DNA of 64,000 bases from Marsupella aquatica (lineage: Eukaryota > Plantae > Marchantiophyta), in NCBI GenBank assembly GCA_973895155.1, contig OZ316896.1, positions 6,500,166 through 6,564,165 of the forward strand. Reading direction: 5' to 3'. Both the position numbers and the translations under genes were made by a program. Positions 33,491 to 45,487 of the stretch are shown here, in pieces (position 1 is the stretch's first letter; each line of letters begins with the position of its first letter). The notes under the pieces are model-generated. The model was not told the origin of the DNA and did no database searches. It saw only the letters and a list, made by a program, of their open reading frames with translations.

Positions 33491-36465
33491 TCTGAAACCA
33501 AAGTCCACCAGTGGTTTTGTAGAGATCACAGAAAGGAGAGGCTCTCATTCTTAGGAAGTTTGACTATATTAGGCTTATTGGAAAGATACTTCCTAGCAGT
33601 TGTTTATAGAATTTGACTATATTAGATTTATTGGAACTATATTTTCTGGAAGTTTCTGATTAACCCGATAAAATAAGATTCCATTGGACATGAGTGAGAT
33701 ACCAAACGTCAAAGCTAACTGTCAAAAAACTTTTGCAAGCATGAAGTGTGGACAGGGCGTGGCACAGTGTAATTTCTAGAAGTTCATAACTCTCTCAATC
33801 CTGCATGAAAACTAAAGCTTTTTGACATTCTGGAAAGATCTTCCAAGCCACTACTAGTGAGCCCAAGTAGAGCCAATTCTGTTGGATAGAAAGGGAGATA
33901 TTGAAGGTCAAAGTTTGCTAGTGCATTTGTTTTTGAAACTAAAAGATGTCAACTAGTGAAGTGGGTGTTATGGTCTATGAGGATTGCATGGTTCCCCGGC
34001 TCCGACCATGGGAGTATCACTTAAGAGTTGCTTTGTGTCTCTTGGTTAGATTAAAAAAGTCTGTTGGTTAGATTAAAATTGGAATAACTTAATCTAAAAT
34101 ATACTCACATTTGGGCCTGAGAACACAGCTCCTATTTAAACATACAGGTAGGGATGCACCAGGGCACTAGGCCAACCAACCTATCTTTCAATCTCTAGAC
34201 TGCTTTCTTAAAAGATTTTGTTTTTTAAGAAGTCTTTGTACTCATGACACAATCTCATGATCATAGGGAAGGGACTTGGTGATTTGTAAACCCTTGAAAT
34301 CACGAGGCAGCGACTTCGAAGCACTGGAAAATTTGTTTTCATTTGACCAAAATGAAGCGGAAAGGGTTTCAGTCGAGGGGCTGAGGCTTCACAACTGGAA
34401 AAGTCAACACAAAACAAACCATTGCCTTGTCATCCCCTCGGGAAATCAATCTATAACTACCAACATGTCTGGAACGAAGGAGTTTGCCTTCGACGTCCTC
34501 CGAAATATAAGTAGTTCCTACGAGTCATAACTGAAAAACTTTGATATAGACAATTAAGCTTCTAGAGCAATATCTCCGAACAGACTTATCCCCAAAGAAA
34601 CCAAGTCCGATCTCAGGACCCTGTAGCCTGAGATATCAGTGTAAGATTCCAGTAACATCATGCCCTCTTTTGGGATGACTATTAAATTATCATAATTATT
34701 GATTTCGAACAAGAACATACAGCTTTGAAACATTTTACGTCTTCCAGGAGGTCGCTATGCCGCAAAGCCTGACGAAAGACACAAATTTAGGTGACACCAT
34801 AGTTAGCTGAGGTGGGAACCTTTAATGTTCAAAAGATACCCTGGATGCCAGTGTCTGCAATATTAAGCCCGTAGTTTTCCTTTCGCCTGCCAGGAAGTGT
34901 CCAGATGTAGAACTTACTCTTGATCCAATACTTCGTGGGCAGAGAACTCCTTGTATCCTGAGGAAGCAATAACGGGAGAATGAGTTTGAAGCCATTGAAT
35001 ATCAACAGCAGCCCAGGCCTAGTTCCAGAAAAATTCGGGAAGCAATGACGTGTATCATCTAGCAGTACGGTGAAACTCTCTCAAACAAATATTTGCAATT
35101 AGGGAAGGACGTGGATGTGAAAATTGAGCAAAATCTTGATGGAAATCTGAACGAGACGAACTGAAAGAGAACTGATTAATGTACAATCATGGATGCATCG
35201 ATCCTAACTTGAGCAAAAGATACGGGTTTCACTGCCTAAAGCAAAAGAGAATCCATCCGAAACAGTGAAGATTTGAATCTGAACCTGCTGGCGGAAGAGC
35301 CGGTTTGAGATGATGGAGGCAGTAGGTCATCAATTTTTTTATCCCCTCTTTCACCTATTCGTAAAATTCTGGACAGACTGAAAGCAATTTGAAGACATCA
35401 CCTACTAGTGGTGACCAAGGCCCCAAATCCAGTGAAGTGCATATAAAACAGAGTTGACGAAACTCATGTGATTTTATATTCATGGCTCGTACTCCTTTGC
35501 ACTTGGTGAAAATATACTCGCTGCAGGGTCCACCTGAAAGTAGTCTAAGTGGAAGAAGCCAAGCAATTGCTCCAATTTTGCTGCGAATGAGCAAACTTTT
35601 GACAGCTATTACAAAAGAAAGTTTGTTTCTGTCAGAGTATAAGTCCATCTATCCCGGTAACCAAACATTTTTCCAGTGGCAATGATCTTGAGCAATCTGC
35701 TACGAATTGCCTTACTGCTCTAAAAATGGTTCACATTTACAACGCAAAAAGACGGGTCAAGGGCACACCATAAACCACAATATCGAGAGGTGCATTTCGA
35801 TTTCCATCGTGCTTCTGTGATGAAGTCACTGAGATGAATAAATAACAGCAATCGCCGATCAGACCCATCGTTAAGGGGACCCATCAAAATTGCAAGGCGA
35901 GAGCCACTTAAAGTAGACAACATCCTCCAAAATGTGAGATCTTCCAACAGAGTGAAATTGATTTGATCTACCACTTCACAGGCAGGAAAATGCAGGATAG
36001 CACAGCAAGCACCTGCACTCTGAGACCTGACAACCTTATGTAAGCTAGTGTTGCCGTAGTGTGCAGGCTACGTCTCTAGATGTACAATGCGGGAATGAGC
36101 CCAAGTAGTGAAATTAACGGTGGCTGTTTGCCATCTTCATCGTTCTGGGCCATTACTGAACACAGTTTCAGACCTCGTCAAACCTTCCAGCTGTCATGGC
36201 CTTGTTTCCTCTTTCCCACTACCATAACACATTCTAGTCAGATGGCCATGGCCGTGTATTAAACTTATGAGACCGAACGGAAGGCATTCATAAAGTCAGG
36301 ATTGATGATAGGAGCACCACCAAAGACCTCTGTTACAGCAATGGGTTCACTTTAGGGGTGCAACTTGGTACAGTTGATCCGGATGTTGATATCTCAAAAT
36401 AAAATGCTTGGGATCGGTCGCACAGGAAGCACAACAAGGAAAATGCCTTGGCTATTCAGCGTGCA

Positions 36466-39183
36466 CTATCTCGATGGATCCGACGCACCCATGAGATCGT
36501 CAGGAGTAGAAGCAGGGTCAAGCTCCTGAGATCCACGTGGAATACGATGTGCATCTGTTTGCGAATCTTCGATTCTTTGGTTCGGAACACTGTGAGAAAA
36601 TTTAACCAGCTCTTCGGGCTTAAATGACCTAAATGATTCTATCCCGTCTTGTCTGTGAAACACAGTTTTGAAGCCCCTAACTTTTACCAGCTTCCCAGTT
36701 CTTAAACCTTTTTTATCACAAAACTCGCTAAGTATCTCCACCATTTCAAACTTGGGTGTACTCCCTTGTCCATGAAATCTGGGACCTCCTGCTGGCCGTA
36801 TCCCTTGCTCTGGATCTGTATAGACGGCCCACACCTGACCCTTCTTCGGATATATTTTCAGCAATCCCCTCCCCAATCTATCCATAACAAAGTGCGAGAA
36901 AGTATTGACAGAGTCCATGACATCGGCTTTACCCATCTTGAAATCCCCACAAGTAATTGAAAGTTTGCCGTTAGTGTTTGCCGTCCACACCCTCTCCTCC
37001 TCACTTGCAGGACAATGCTCAAGCCAATTCACCTGAGCCTTGAAGGGTTGGGTAGTAACCTTTAAGATACGGGCATAAAACCTCGGCATTCCATCTTGAT
37101 CATCATAGACTGCCCAAATCTGCCCTGGAAGTATGTCAGTCTCAGTTCGGAAAGCATCAAAATCGTGAAAATCAGGATCGGGTACTGGTATTTGACCGTC
37201 GGAATCTTGCTCCGAGGACGGGGTAGACTGTTCAGATGTGGTGGGACTAGAGACTCGTTGCTGCGGAATCTGATCATCGTCATCGTGTGAGGATTGCGAA
37301 TGAAAGGGAACCCTTGGCGACCTAACTCTCATTCTGAGAGTCCTTGGTGACTTACTGGGGGATTTTTCATCTCTGAAGTCTTCTGATTTAGAGAATTCCT
37401 CTCCCTCACGATGATTGTCCTTAACAGTCGACGGCGATTCATCTTGCTGCGAAAATTTCACTGGCTTCGTTTTGTGGGTTAACCCTGGGCTATCACAAAG
37501 TTTGAATCCTCGTGGTACTCCCTCGCTTCTTTTCGAACTTTCAACAATAGAGTCTCGAGAATCCTTATTTGGAGCACTACCTGGGTCATCTCTGTTTCTC
37601 TCGGTGTAACCTCCTCGTCCATCGAGATCCTCGCCACCGTTCGCCCCAGCACCCCGTATCACATGATTGTTGTCGTCTGCAGGAGACTTGCCCTTCGTAC
37701 CGTTCTCGCTTTGTTGTCTAAAGGCTTCTCTTTCACCATCCTCGTCCGACTTCACCATATCTTCAGCGTTCTCCTCACCATCCGATCTAGTCCACTTAGC
37801 GGACGGAAATTCTTCCAAATCCGAGTCGTCACTGACATCAAACTTGTACGTAGCGACATTCTTCTTGGCACGCGAAGATCTGCGACGAGGCAGCTCACCC
37901 TGCCAGCCGTGCTCATACGCTTTCTGATCCTCATCTTCAAGCTCTACATCATCCTCTTGATCACTGCTCCGTCTCTTCCTTTTGAGTTTCCTCCCTATTT
38001 TGGCATCCACCTTTCGCTTGCTTTCTTCCCTGGCGCTATTCTCTTTCCTCTTCGCCAACAAACGATCCATTGCCTCCCGCTGCTTCTCAACTTCCCGGGC
38101 CTTCCTCAGATCCCCTTTCTCCTTCCGCAGCTCCTCCTTCTCCCTCCTCCGCAGCTCCTTCTCCTTCCTCTTGGTCTCCTTCTCTGCTTCCACTCTCTCT
38201 CTTTTCACCTTTGCATAGGTTTGCTGAACTACATCTGCTGCCAAATTGTTGGGCGGCACAGCAGAGGGTGCCGCAGCTGCCGCAGCAGCAGCGGCTGCCA
38301 CCTTGCTTTGAGCTGCTGCTGCTGCAGCAGCGGAGGAGAAAAATGCAGCGCCGCTTGCCTGCTTGTGAAACGAGCTGGAAAATGACCCTTTTCCTCCATT
38401 CACGAATCCATGGCCCCCTGTGGCCCCATCGAATTGAGGAGCACCAGGATAATGCTTATTAAAGTCTTGTCGATGGGCATCGAAGGGCCAACCAAATCCA
38501 CCAGCTCCATTGCTAGGGGCTGCGCTGTGAATGTCACGGGCCAGGAATACGTTCTTACACTTGGGGCACTGGAGTTGATAATTCTCGTACGTTCGCATGT
38601 ACTGATATTGCATTTTGCACTTAGGGCAGGCAGTCCAGAAAGTTGTTCCTGCGGCATGGGATGTATGGGAGGTATGGTGAGAATGGGAATGGGAAGAATT
38701 GTGAGTCGGAGGAACAGTGAAGGGAGTCTGGAAATTTTGCACATTGGGTTCCATTACCACTCGCACATGAGACGCTTTAGACTTGACTCCCCTTTTCATA
38801 TCATGGACTTGTCGCTTCGCCTTATCAGAAAGAACGCCAAACGCTTCTCCAATTAGTTTGAATGCTGCTTCCGCGCCGACGGATTTATTTTTATCTGGAT
38901 GTAAAAGCAGCGCTAGCCTCCTATACTGCTTTTTTATCGTGCTATCGTCAGCACCAGGATCAACCTGCAGTATGCCATACCAGTCCATTTCGGTGCCCCC
39001 CACCTTGCTCTGGGCAACAGCGTGAACCTCCAAAACTTGTAACATCTGCGAGAGACCCTCAAGAGTAGGAAAGAGTTGCTGCGCTTTGAGTGCAAATTTC
39101 TTCGCTCCAGAGAAATCCTGCTTCGCATACTTTATCTCTGCAAGATCTCTCGCACGAACCGCTTCATCCCTGTTACACTCCAT
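36466..39183 (-). CDS. DnaJ (J-domain) protein with zinc ribbon and C-terminal DUF3444, 905 aa, intronless CDS
   Basis: 'MECNRDEAVRA...DWYGILQV...IKKQYRRLALLLHPDKNKSVGAEAAFKLIGEAFGVLSD'; 'TFWTACPKCKMQYQY...CPKCKNVFLA'; 'VPDPDFHDFD...GQIWAVYDDQDGMPRFYARI...IYPKKGQVWAVY...FSHSVP...ELDPASTP'. Confidence 0.95.
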   Translation of the reverse strand: MECNRDEAVRARDLAEIKYAKQDFSGAKKFALKAQQLFPTLEGLSQMLQVLEVHAVAQSKVGGTEMDWYGILQVDPGADDSTIKKQYRRLALLLHPDKNKSVGAEAAFKLIGEAFGVLSDKAKRQVHDMKRGVKSKASHVRVVMEPNVQNFQTPFTVPPTHNSSHSHSHHTSHTSHAAGTTFWTACPKCKMQYQYMRTYENYQLQCPKCKNVFLARDIHSAAPSNGAGGFGWPFDAHRQDFNKHYPGAPQFDGATGGHGFVNGGKGSFSSSFHKQASGAAFFSSAAAAAAAQSKVAAAAAAAAAAPSAVPPNNLAADVVQQTYAKVKRERVEAEKETKRKEKELRRREKEELRKEKGDLRKAREVEKQREAMDRLLAKRKENSAREESKRKVDAKIGRKLKRKRRSSDQEDDVELEDEDQKAYEHGWQGELPRRRSSRAKKNVATYKFDVSDDSDLEEFPSAKWTRSDGEENAEDMVKSDEDGEREAFRQQSENGTKGKSPADDNNHVIRGAGANGGEDLDGRGGYTERNRDDPGSAPNKDSRDSIVESSKRSEGVPRGFKLCDSPGLTHKTKPVKFSQQDESPSTVKDNHREGEEFSKSEDFRDEKSPSKSPRTLRMRVRSPRVPFHSQSSHDDDDQIPQQRVSSPTTSEQSTPSSEQDSDGQIPVPDPDFHDFDAFRTETDILPGQIWAVYDDQDGMPRFYARILKVTTQPFKAQVNWLEHCPASEEERVWTANTNGKLSITCGDFKMGKADVMDSVNTFSHFVMDRLGRGLLKIYPKKGQVWAVYTDPEQGIRPAGGPRFHGQGSTPKFEMVEILSEFCDKKGLRTGKLVKVRGFKTVFHRQDGIESFRSFKPEELVKFSHSVPNQRIEDSQTDAHRIPRGSQELDPASTPDDLMGASDPSR

Positions 39184-41208
39184 AGCTACCGTCCCAAGAC
39201 CAATTCCTCCTTAAGTATTCCGCTAATCCCAGTTGTCTCCAAGGATCTAACTCTTTCTGCTCTGTGTACGACTTCTATATTGCTGAGCACAGTTCTTCCC
39301 ACTTTAAACTACCTCGTAGCGTGCTCACAAGTCCTCGTCAGACGCCTGCAGCACTCATTGGTATCAACAATGCCCCAAAGTGAGACGGCAGACATGGATG
39401 GAAATACCCTAGCAACAGAATGTGCAATGATCGCATTGAAGGAAGTAAAACATCAAGCGAAAGGACGAGCTCTGGCAAAATTTAATTACTTATTGGTGTC
39501 AACCCAATCAGCCGCTCGTCGAGGGAAGCAGTGCATCATCAAATCTCTGTTTGCCCTTCTGCGACCAGAACCTGACCTAAATGAAGAAAGAGAAAAATGG
39601 CAGACCGGTCTCACAGGTCCATCACTGGCTTCTCGATTGGGCGGGCTATCTCAAACGGATTAGGCCTGACGACCCAAAAGCCTTGCTTCCACAATGGCTC
39701 CAGAACCCTAAAACTCCGCTTCATTTCGCCTTCTTCTTCTGACCAACACGAGACCATACTCAACATGTTGGGGTTTTTCTCCCGTGTGCTATAATTGCCC
39801 ACCGCTGATAGACAACCCTCTTGCCATACGTCTTCCACCCATGCTTCACAAACTCTATCACAGCCAGCAGGTACGACGAACAATGTCACCACCGTCAACC
39901 AGCCAAATTCACAACAAAGATTAAGATTGGACCAAAGGACGCTCGGAAAGATGGAAGGCTTGGGATCCACGGCTCCCCCACCCGTGCACATACGGTCCCC
40001 GTCGCGAGATAATTACCACTCATCCGCAGTTCTCAAATATGCAATTTGTAGGTAGCTAGGGTTACTCTGTGCCTCTGACTGTACACATATATCCTCGAGA
40101 CCCTCCAAACTCCCCGTCAGTCGATAGCTCATTCCATCGTACATACTCCTCCCGCGCTCGCCCCGATTCCGCCGCCGAATTTTTTAACAAGCGCCTGACA
40201 TATAATGCCCGCACGCTCTGCTGCTGGAATGCAACGTCGATGAACAGCAAACAAGTTCGAAGAGGAGAGGAGGATTGAGGTACGAACGACCTTCGAACGA
40301 GCCAGATTGCTCAGCGTCTCCTTGCTATCGTGTACTGCATCTCCCTGCTCTGGTTCTTCTGCCGCGCTCGTCTACTGAGAGGTGGGCACCTCTGGACGGT
40401 AGTGAGACGAACGGAGTGAACGAACCAATGAGCGACTCCAAACAAGAGCGGGAGATACGGACGGGGAAATGGACCCTACCTGATGAAAGGCCCGGCACCC
40501 TTTGTTCGCTAGCTCGGTCTGCGATCATTCTTCCGGCCTGACCTCCTACAGGCTCATTTCATAATAATGGATAATTATGAAAATTTAAGAGCCACTAACA
40601 AAGTTATTCTTGGGTTCTTGGGAACTTAAAGTCAGTAGTTTGTCTATGAAGCCCCACAGACAAACCAAACTTGGATGTACTTGAATCAAACACACATACA
40701 TGCTTATACTATTTGTTACACTTGTATCCAAAAATACCATGTCAGATCATCACTTTTGTTCACCTGTCCAAAAGTACCTTGTCAAAGTATCACCTCTGTC
40801 CATTTGTGTCCAAAGATACCATGTACCAACCAAATCAGCTTTGATTGCAAACCTCATTCTATTCTCTTAATATCCTTTTCCCTCAAGCTAGTCACTTTAA
40901 CCATTTTTTTAGAATTCAATAAAAATATATATATATATATGTAAGGTATGTTTAGGTATTTGTATGCCTTATCTGGCTTTTATGGTAATAAAATTATATA
41001 GACTAAGCTCTTCACAATTTACTCTAGTGCCTCAAGTAGTTTGTTCAATGAGCAAAAGCAAAATTATTCAAATTTTTCCTCAAGAATATTTTTATGTTTA
41101 TAATATATAGATTGCAAAAATATCACAAAAGGGGGAAACAAGCAACACAATCCCCATGAACCAATATAACAATTTTCACTAGGAAAACTGGGTGCGAATT
41201 TTGATTTT

Positions 41209-41445
41209 CATAGAGCATTGCTCTTGAGACGGAATTATATTTTTCCATAGAGTGTCACTCTTGTGTTAAGGAGAGGTTTGACTTATTTTGCTGCAACAAA
41301 GCTATCTCAGATTTTAATCTAAGAGCGTATTGTTGAGAAATCTTATTTTTCATAGAGCATTGCTTTGTCACGAAGAGCACTTCAATTAATTTCCCACTGC
41401 AAAGCTCCAAGAAATGATATTTTTCAAAGAGCGCTACTCTTGTTA
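41209..41445. repeat. Cluster of AGAG(C/T)-N3-(G/A)CTCT palindromic motifs
   Basis: CATAGAGCATTGCTCTTG (~41209), CATAGAGTGTCACTCTTG (~41246), CATAGAGCATTGCTTTG (41351), AAGAGCGCTACTCTTG (~41427), plus half-sites. Confidence 0.7.
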
Positions 41446-43619
41446 CAATAAGCGCTTCCAGTACTTTGCCGTCATGAAGGCCTCAAAAATTTCAAATACA
41501 ACACTAGATGTAAATCTTTGTTTCATTCAATATATATTTTCAGTTCAAGTGTACAGAGTCTCCTAACCTATTTGAAATATAGGTAAACAGCTAATTAGAA
41601 CATTGATTACCTAGATTTTCTCATCATTAGGTGTAAAATGCTTAGTTTATGTGTCACAGTCCATGGAGAGTCCATGGAGATGATGGGAGACAACCTTCAA
41701 GTCCATCCGGGCTTTGGTTTCTATTCTTGGACTCCTACTTATTTAGTGCTCCTAAGTAAACTAATATCTTTCCTTCGGTATTTTTAATTTCAGAATCAAC
41801 ACAGTTAAATTTTCATCACAAAATGATGTCAAAAAGCTGAACCTCTGTGTGGATGGGGCACACTCGGATCCGTACTAGACCATACACTCCTGGCAGGAAA
41901 GAATTATCAATGGAACTTATATGACCAACTCATTATGGGTGACCCTGGATGCGTCCAAAGTCATCCTAAATGATTATCTCAGTGGTTGACATGTTACATT
42001 CACCTATCCCCAAGTAATTGTACATCAAAATATGATAATATATGGGTGTATTGTGTCACACTCTATACCATGACAAACTTCGTTATTTTGTTTGAAACTG
42101 CCTAGTGTTATTCATTGTATGCTGTATATTGTCACATTTGGATGTACAATTATCAGGACACTTGTTCACCGTGTCTCACACTTCCAGCTACATCATTGCC
42201 CCTGGGTGCGTGAGAACAATGTGCACAATGACCAAGGAACTCTGCACCAAACATGAGGTAAACACTATGAAGTCATGTCATAAAGGTGTACTTTGATTTT
42301 GTTTCATCTTTGTTGAAATACAGATTTTGAGCATTAAGATGTGTCAAGGCTATTGCAGGTGACATTGTTGTAAACAAGGGAAGTCTCTTGGACAGTACAA
42401 GGTGCAGCAAAAGCACAGCGCGGCTCAAAACTCCTTTGAGCAGGCCACAACCAAATCAGCACAGCCCACACAACAATGGAGGAGCTCACTCAACGCACCT
42501 CACAACCCTCAGCAGCAGACCTCACAGAAAGAGAAGTAGAGCCAAACAACACAAGAATGTGACAGACAAATCTACATCTTGAAGTGAAACCCTTGGATCT
42601 TTGTATGGAGATAGGATCGAGACCAAATCCATTACACAGAATACTTGAACTCTAGGCAATCAATTCAGGTGACTCTGCTTGAAGATGTCCCTTCTATAAT
42701 AGTTGTCTTGTCCCCACTCGTAATACTGTCTCAAACTCTCCTATCTCCATCTTTTTGTAGTAGCTCTCTTCTATCTCCGTCCTGCTGAGCTATCCTGTGT
42801 GTCCTTCATAATACTGCGACTACTCTTGATGACTTAGCTAAGATGGCATTTGCAATGGCAGGAAAGTACAAATCAAATGTGCAATTCGTAGAGGTCCAAT
42901 CAAGTTACACAGAACATGGCTACTATCACGACATTTGGAAATGGCAGGGCACCAGAAATCAAATGTTCAATGTGAGGTGTCTGGTCTAATTGATTGTCGG
43001 GAAGTAGCATATAATTGTTTAGGGTCATTGGCCTAGTGATGGTCATATGGTCAAGTCATTGGTCATCTGGTCATAGTGGACATTGAACATTTTTGACACT
43101 CCATGTGGTCAGACAGTACACCCATATGGAGTGCACGAAAATGTCCAATGAGCATTAGACCAATCAAGTGCCTAATTATCATTGCTTTTGGTCTCATACT
43201 GTTGGTTTATTTTACTGAAAATGGAGTGCACTAGTTTGGACTGAGGCTATATCAAAGTTGCAACTACCTAACCAATTCGATTGTTCTGCATAGTCAGCAT
43301 GGAACCCCTCAACCCATATCCGAGAGCCAAATCTCCATCATGGCTGAATGGCAATTTCAAGCCAGAAAACCCAAATGGATCTTATCACTCATCAGATTCA
43401 GAATGACGATGAACCCAATGCTAACACTGAAGGCTACGAATTTGAGTATGAACTACATGACGCTGCATCTTACCCCTCTCCAATCTTGGCAGGAGATTAC
43501 TTTGACATCACCGAGATGGTACCCAACCAACATCTCCGCAGTATTAATCCAGCAAAATTACATTGGAAACAATTTTCACAGTAATTGATATTTGATTATT
43601 TAGTACTTTCTGATCAACA

Positions 43620-43963
43620 TGTTGGGAAATATGCACAACCTAACATCGCTAAGAACTAGCATAAACAAAAAATAAACACCGACACAAAGATACGTGATTC
43701 ACTTTGTTCACAATCAAAAGAAGAATCACTATGCACAAACTAGTACATCTGCCATAACCTTGCAAGTTTCTCCTCGGACAATGCTCTTCTCTCCCTCTCA
43801 CTCTGTACTCCTGAAACTGGTATCTACTGTAAGTATGAGCACAATGATTTTCTCTCACAAGGGTATATTACACTCTCTCCACTAGTCTAACTCCTGCAAC
43901 CCTTAACCGTAGTTAGGCTGCGCCCTAGTTAACCCAAGCAGGTACTGTGCTTAAGGACCAACA
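43620..43963. mobile_element. Solo LTR (344 bp), copia-related
   Basis: TGTTGG...CCAACA termini with a perfect 5-bp TSD CAACA (43615-43619 and 43964-43968). Internal CGACACAAAGATACGTG resembles CGACACAAGAGATACGTG of the other LTRs. Confidence 0.8.
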
Positions 43964-44099
43964 CAACAAGAAGATTTCCAATTGTATATTTCTGTACTGA
44001 CATGAGACTGTAACATTTGATACGACAGGATTTGTGGATGGCCATGAACCCACAAATGTTGAATGAGTGTTGTTGTTCAAGGGGAACAGTTACCCTACT

Positions 44100-44352
44100 T
44101 GGGTTGAGTATGACAAAGCTTTAGATGACTATTAGGTTTAAGAGGCTTCATAGGAATAAGAAGAGGCTCATTGTAGTGTGTAGGGGAGGCGATAACAATG
44201 CGCTTGCACCGCTCCATTTACAGGTTGGCACCTATAGGAGACAGGTGTTGTTTGCATTTGAAGTAGTCATCTCTAATTCATACTTGTGCTCAAGGCATAC
44301 ACTTGTTGATCCATTGGGGGCACAGGAGACATTGGGTTCAGGAGAAGGTTGA
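44100..44352 (+). pseudogene. Possible highly decayed MuDR-type zinc-finger fragment
   Basis: 'RNKKRLIVVCRG...FEVVISNSYLC' loosely resembles the MuDR DNA-binding domain pattern. No catalytic core was recognised. Confidence 0.25.
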
Positions 44353-45311
44353 GCCCACTGTAAGGGTCAATCAGGATAAGTCAATCAGGATGCCTTCAAT
44401 AAAGATTTGCAAGGTATTCTTCAAGAGGTACACTCTGCTGAGACCACAAATGGACCCAAAGACCAAGCGATGTGTGGTAAAAAAAATGGGGGAAGATCAG
44501 GCTACTTGATGTAAGAAGATACCTTCTTATGTTAAGCAAACTGATCCCAAGACCCATATCATCGTTTAAACTTATGAGTCTGATAAGAGATTTGGTCAAA
44601 TTTACGTTGCCCCAACATCAATGCATTTAAGCATGTTAGGCCATTTGTACAAACAAAATTATAGTCTTCCTCTAGAATAAATAAAATGACCTAATGCTTT
44701 TTGTTGCAAGTAATAAGCCATTTTCATGGATGTGAGACCCTTGAGTCTCGACGTCAATGATTGTTACCGAGTTTAAATAGTTTTGCTCTCCAGAATAGGA
44801 AAGTTTGTGATTTATTCTCCTGACTATCCTTAGGCCTATATGCACTCTATTCAAGTCAACTGTAAGATTTGTGTTCTAGAAAAAAAAAATCTATCAAAGG
44901 ATACAAAGCCAAACAAACAAACAAAAAGTGTCAAAACTCGTGAAGCTTAAATAGGCACATGGCTCGGTCATGTGGTCCAGTTTAGTGGCAAATGGCGGAT
45001 TTCTGCTTGCAGGTTTGATTCACACGACCGCCAAACAATGTGACCGGGAGGAGAAACAGCCCCGCAATACTCAACCTGACGGTCCTCGAACATGGCGGCC
45101 GTTTGGCCCCGCCTAAATTTCCCGCCAGGCTGCTATTTGTAGGCTCAAGAAGCCGGGGAGTGGGAGGCCTGGAAATGGCCGCCGTCCTAGGCGAACACAG
45201 AATGATTGGCAGCATCTCACGACGTTTGCCATTCCGCCTGAACTAATGCTTTGCTCGCTCTGTGATCATGCACTGCCATGGGTGGGGAACCATCATTGCC
45301 CAATGTTCAGC

Positions 45312-45487
45312 CCGGACACCAGGCTGCCAATTAGCCTCGCTACTCTGGCCGATACCGGCCGTGGATAATGCATTTCGGTCGGAATGCTTTTGGAGCTATC
45401 CGGACACCAGGCTGCCAATTTGCTTCGCTACTCTGGCCAATAGTAGCCGTGGATAATGCATTTCGGTCGGAATGCTTTTGGAGCTAT
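45312..45487. repeat. 88-bp tandem duplication
   Basis: CCGGACACCAGGCTGCCAATT...GGAATGCTTTTGGAGCTAT starts at 45312 and 45400. Confidence 0.9.

Noticed and set aside
33390-33500. Functional tRNA genes
   Set aside because: Only 3' halves are present, with no D-arm or anticodon arm. They are explained as plastid-derived fragments.
37663-39663. Long + strand ORFs (240, 148, 195 aa) opposite the DnaJ gene
   Set aside because: Antisense shadows of a low-complexity coding sequence with no recognisable motifs.
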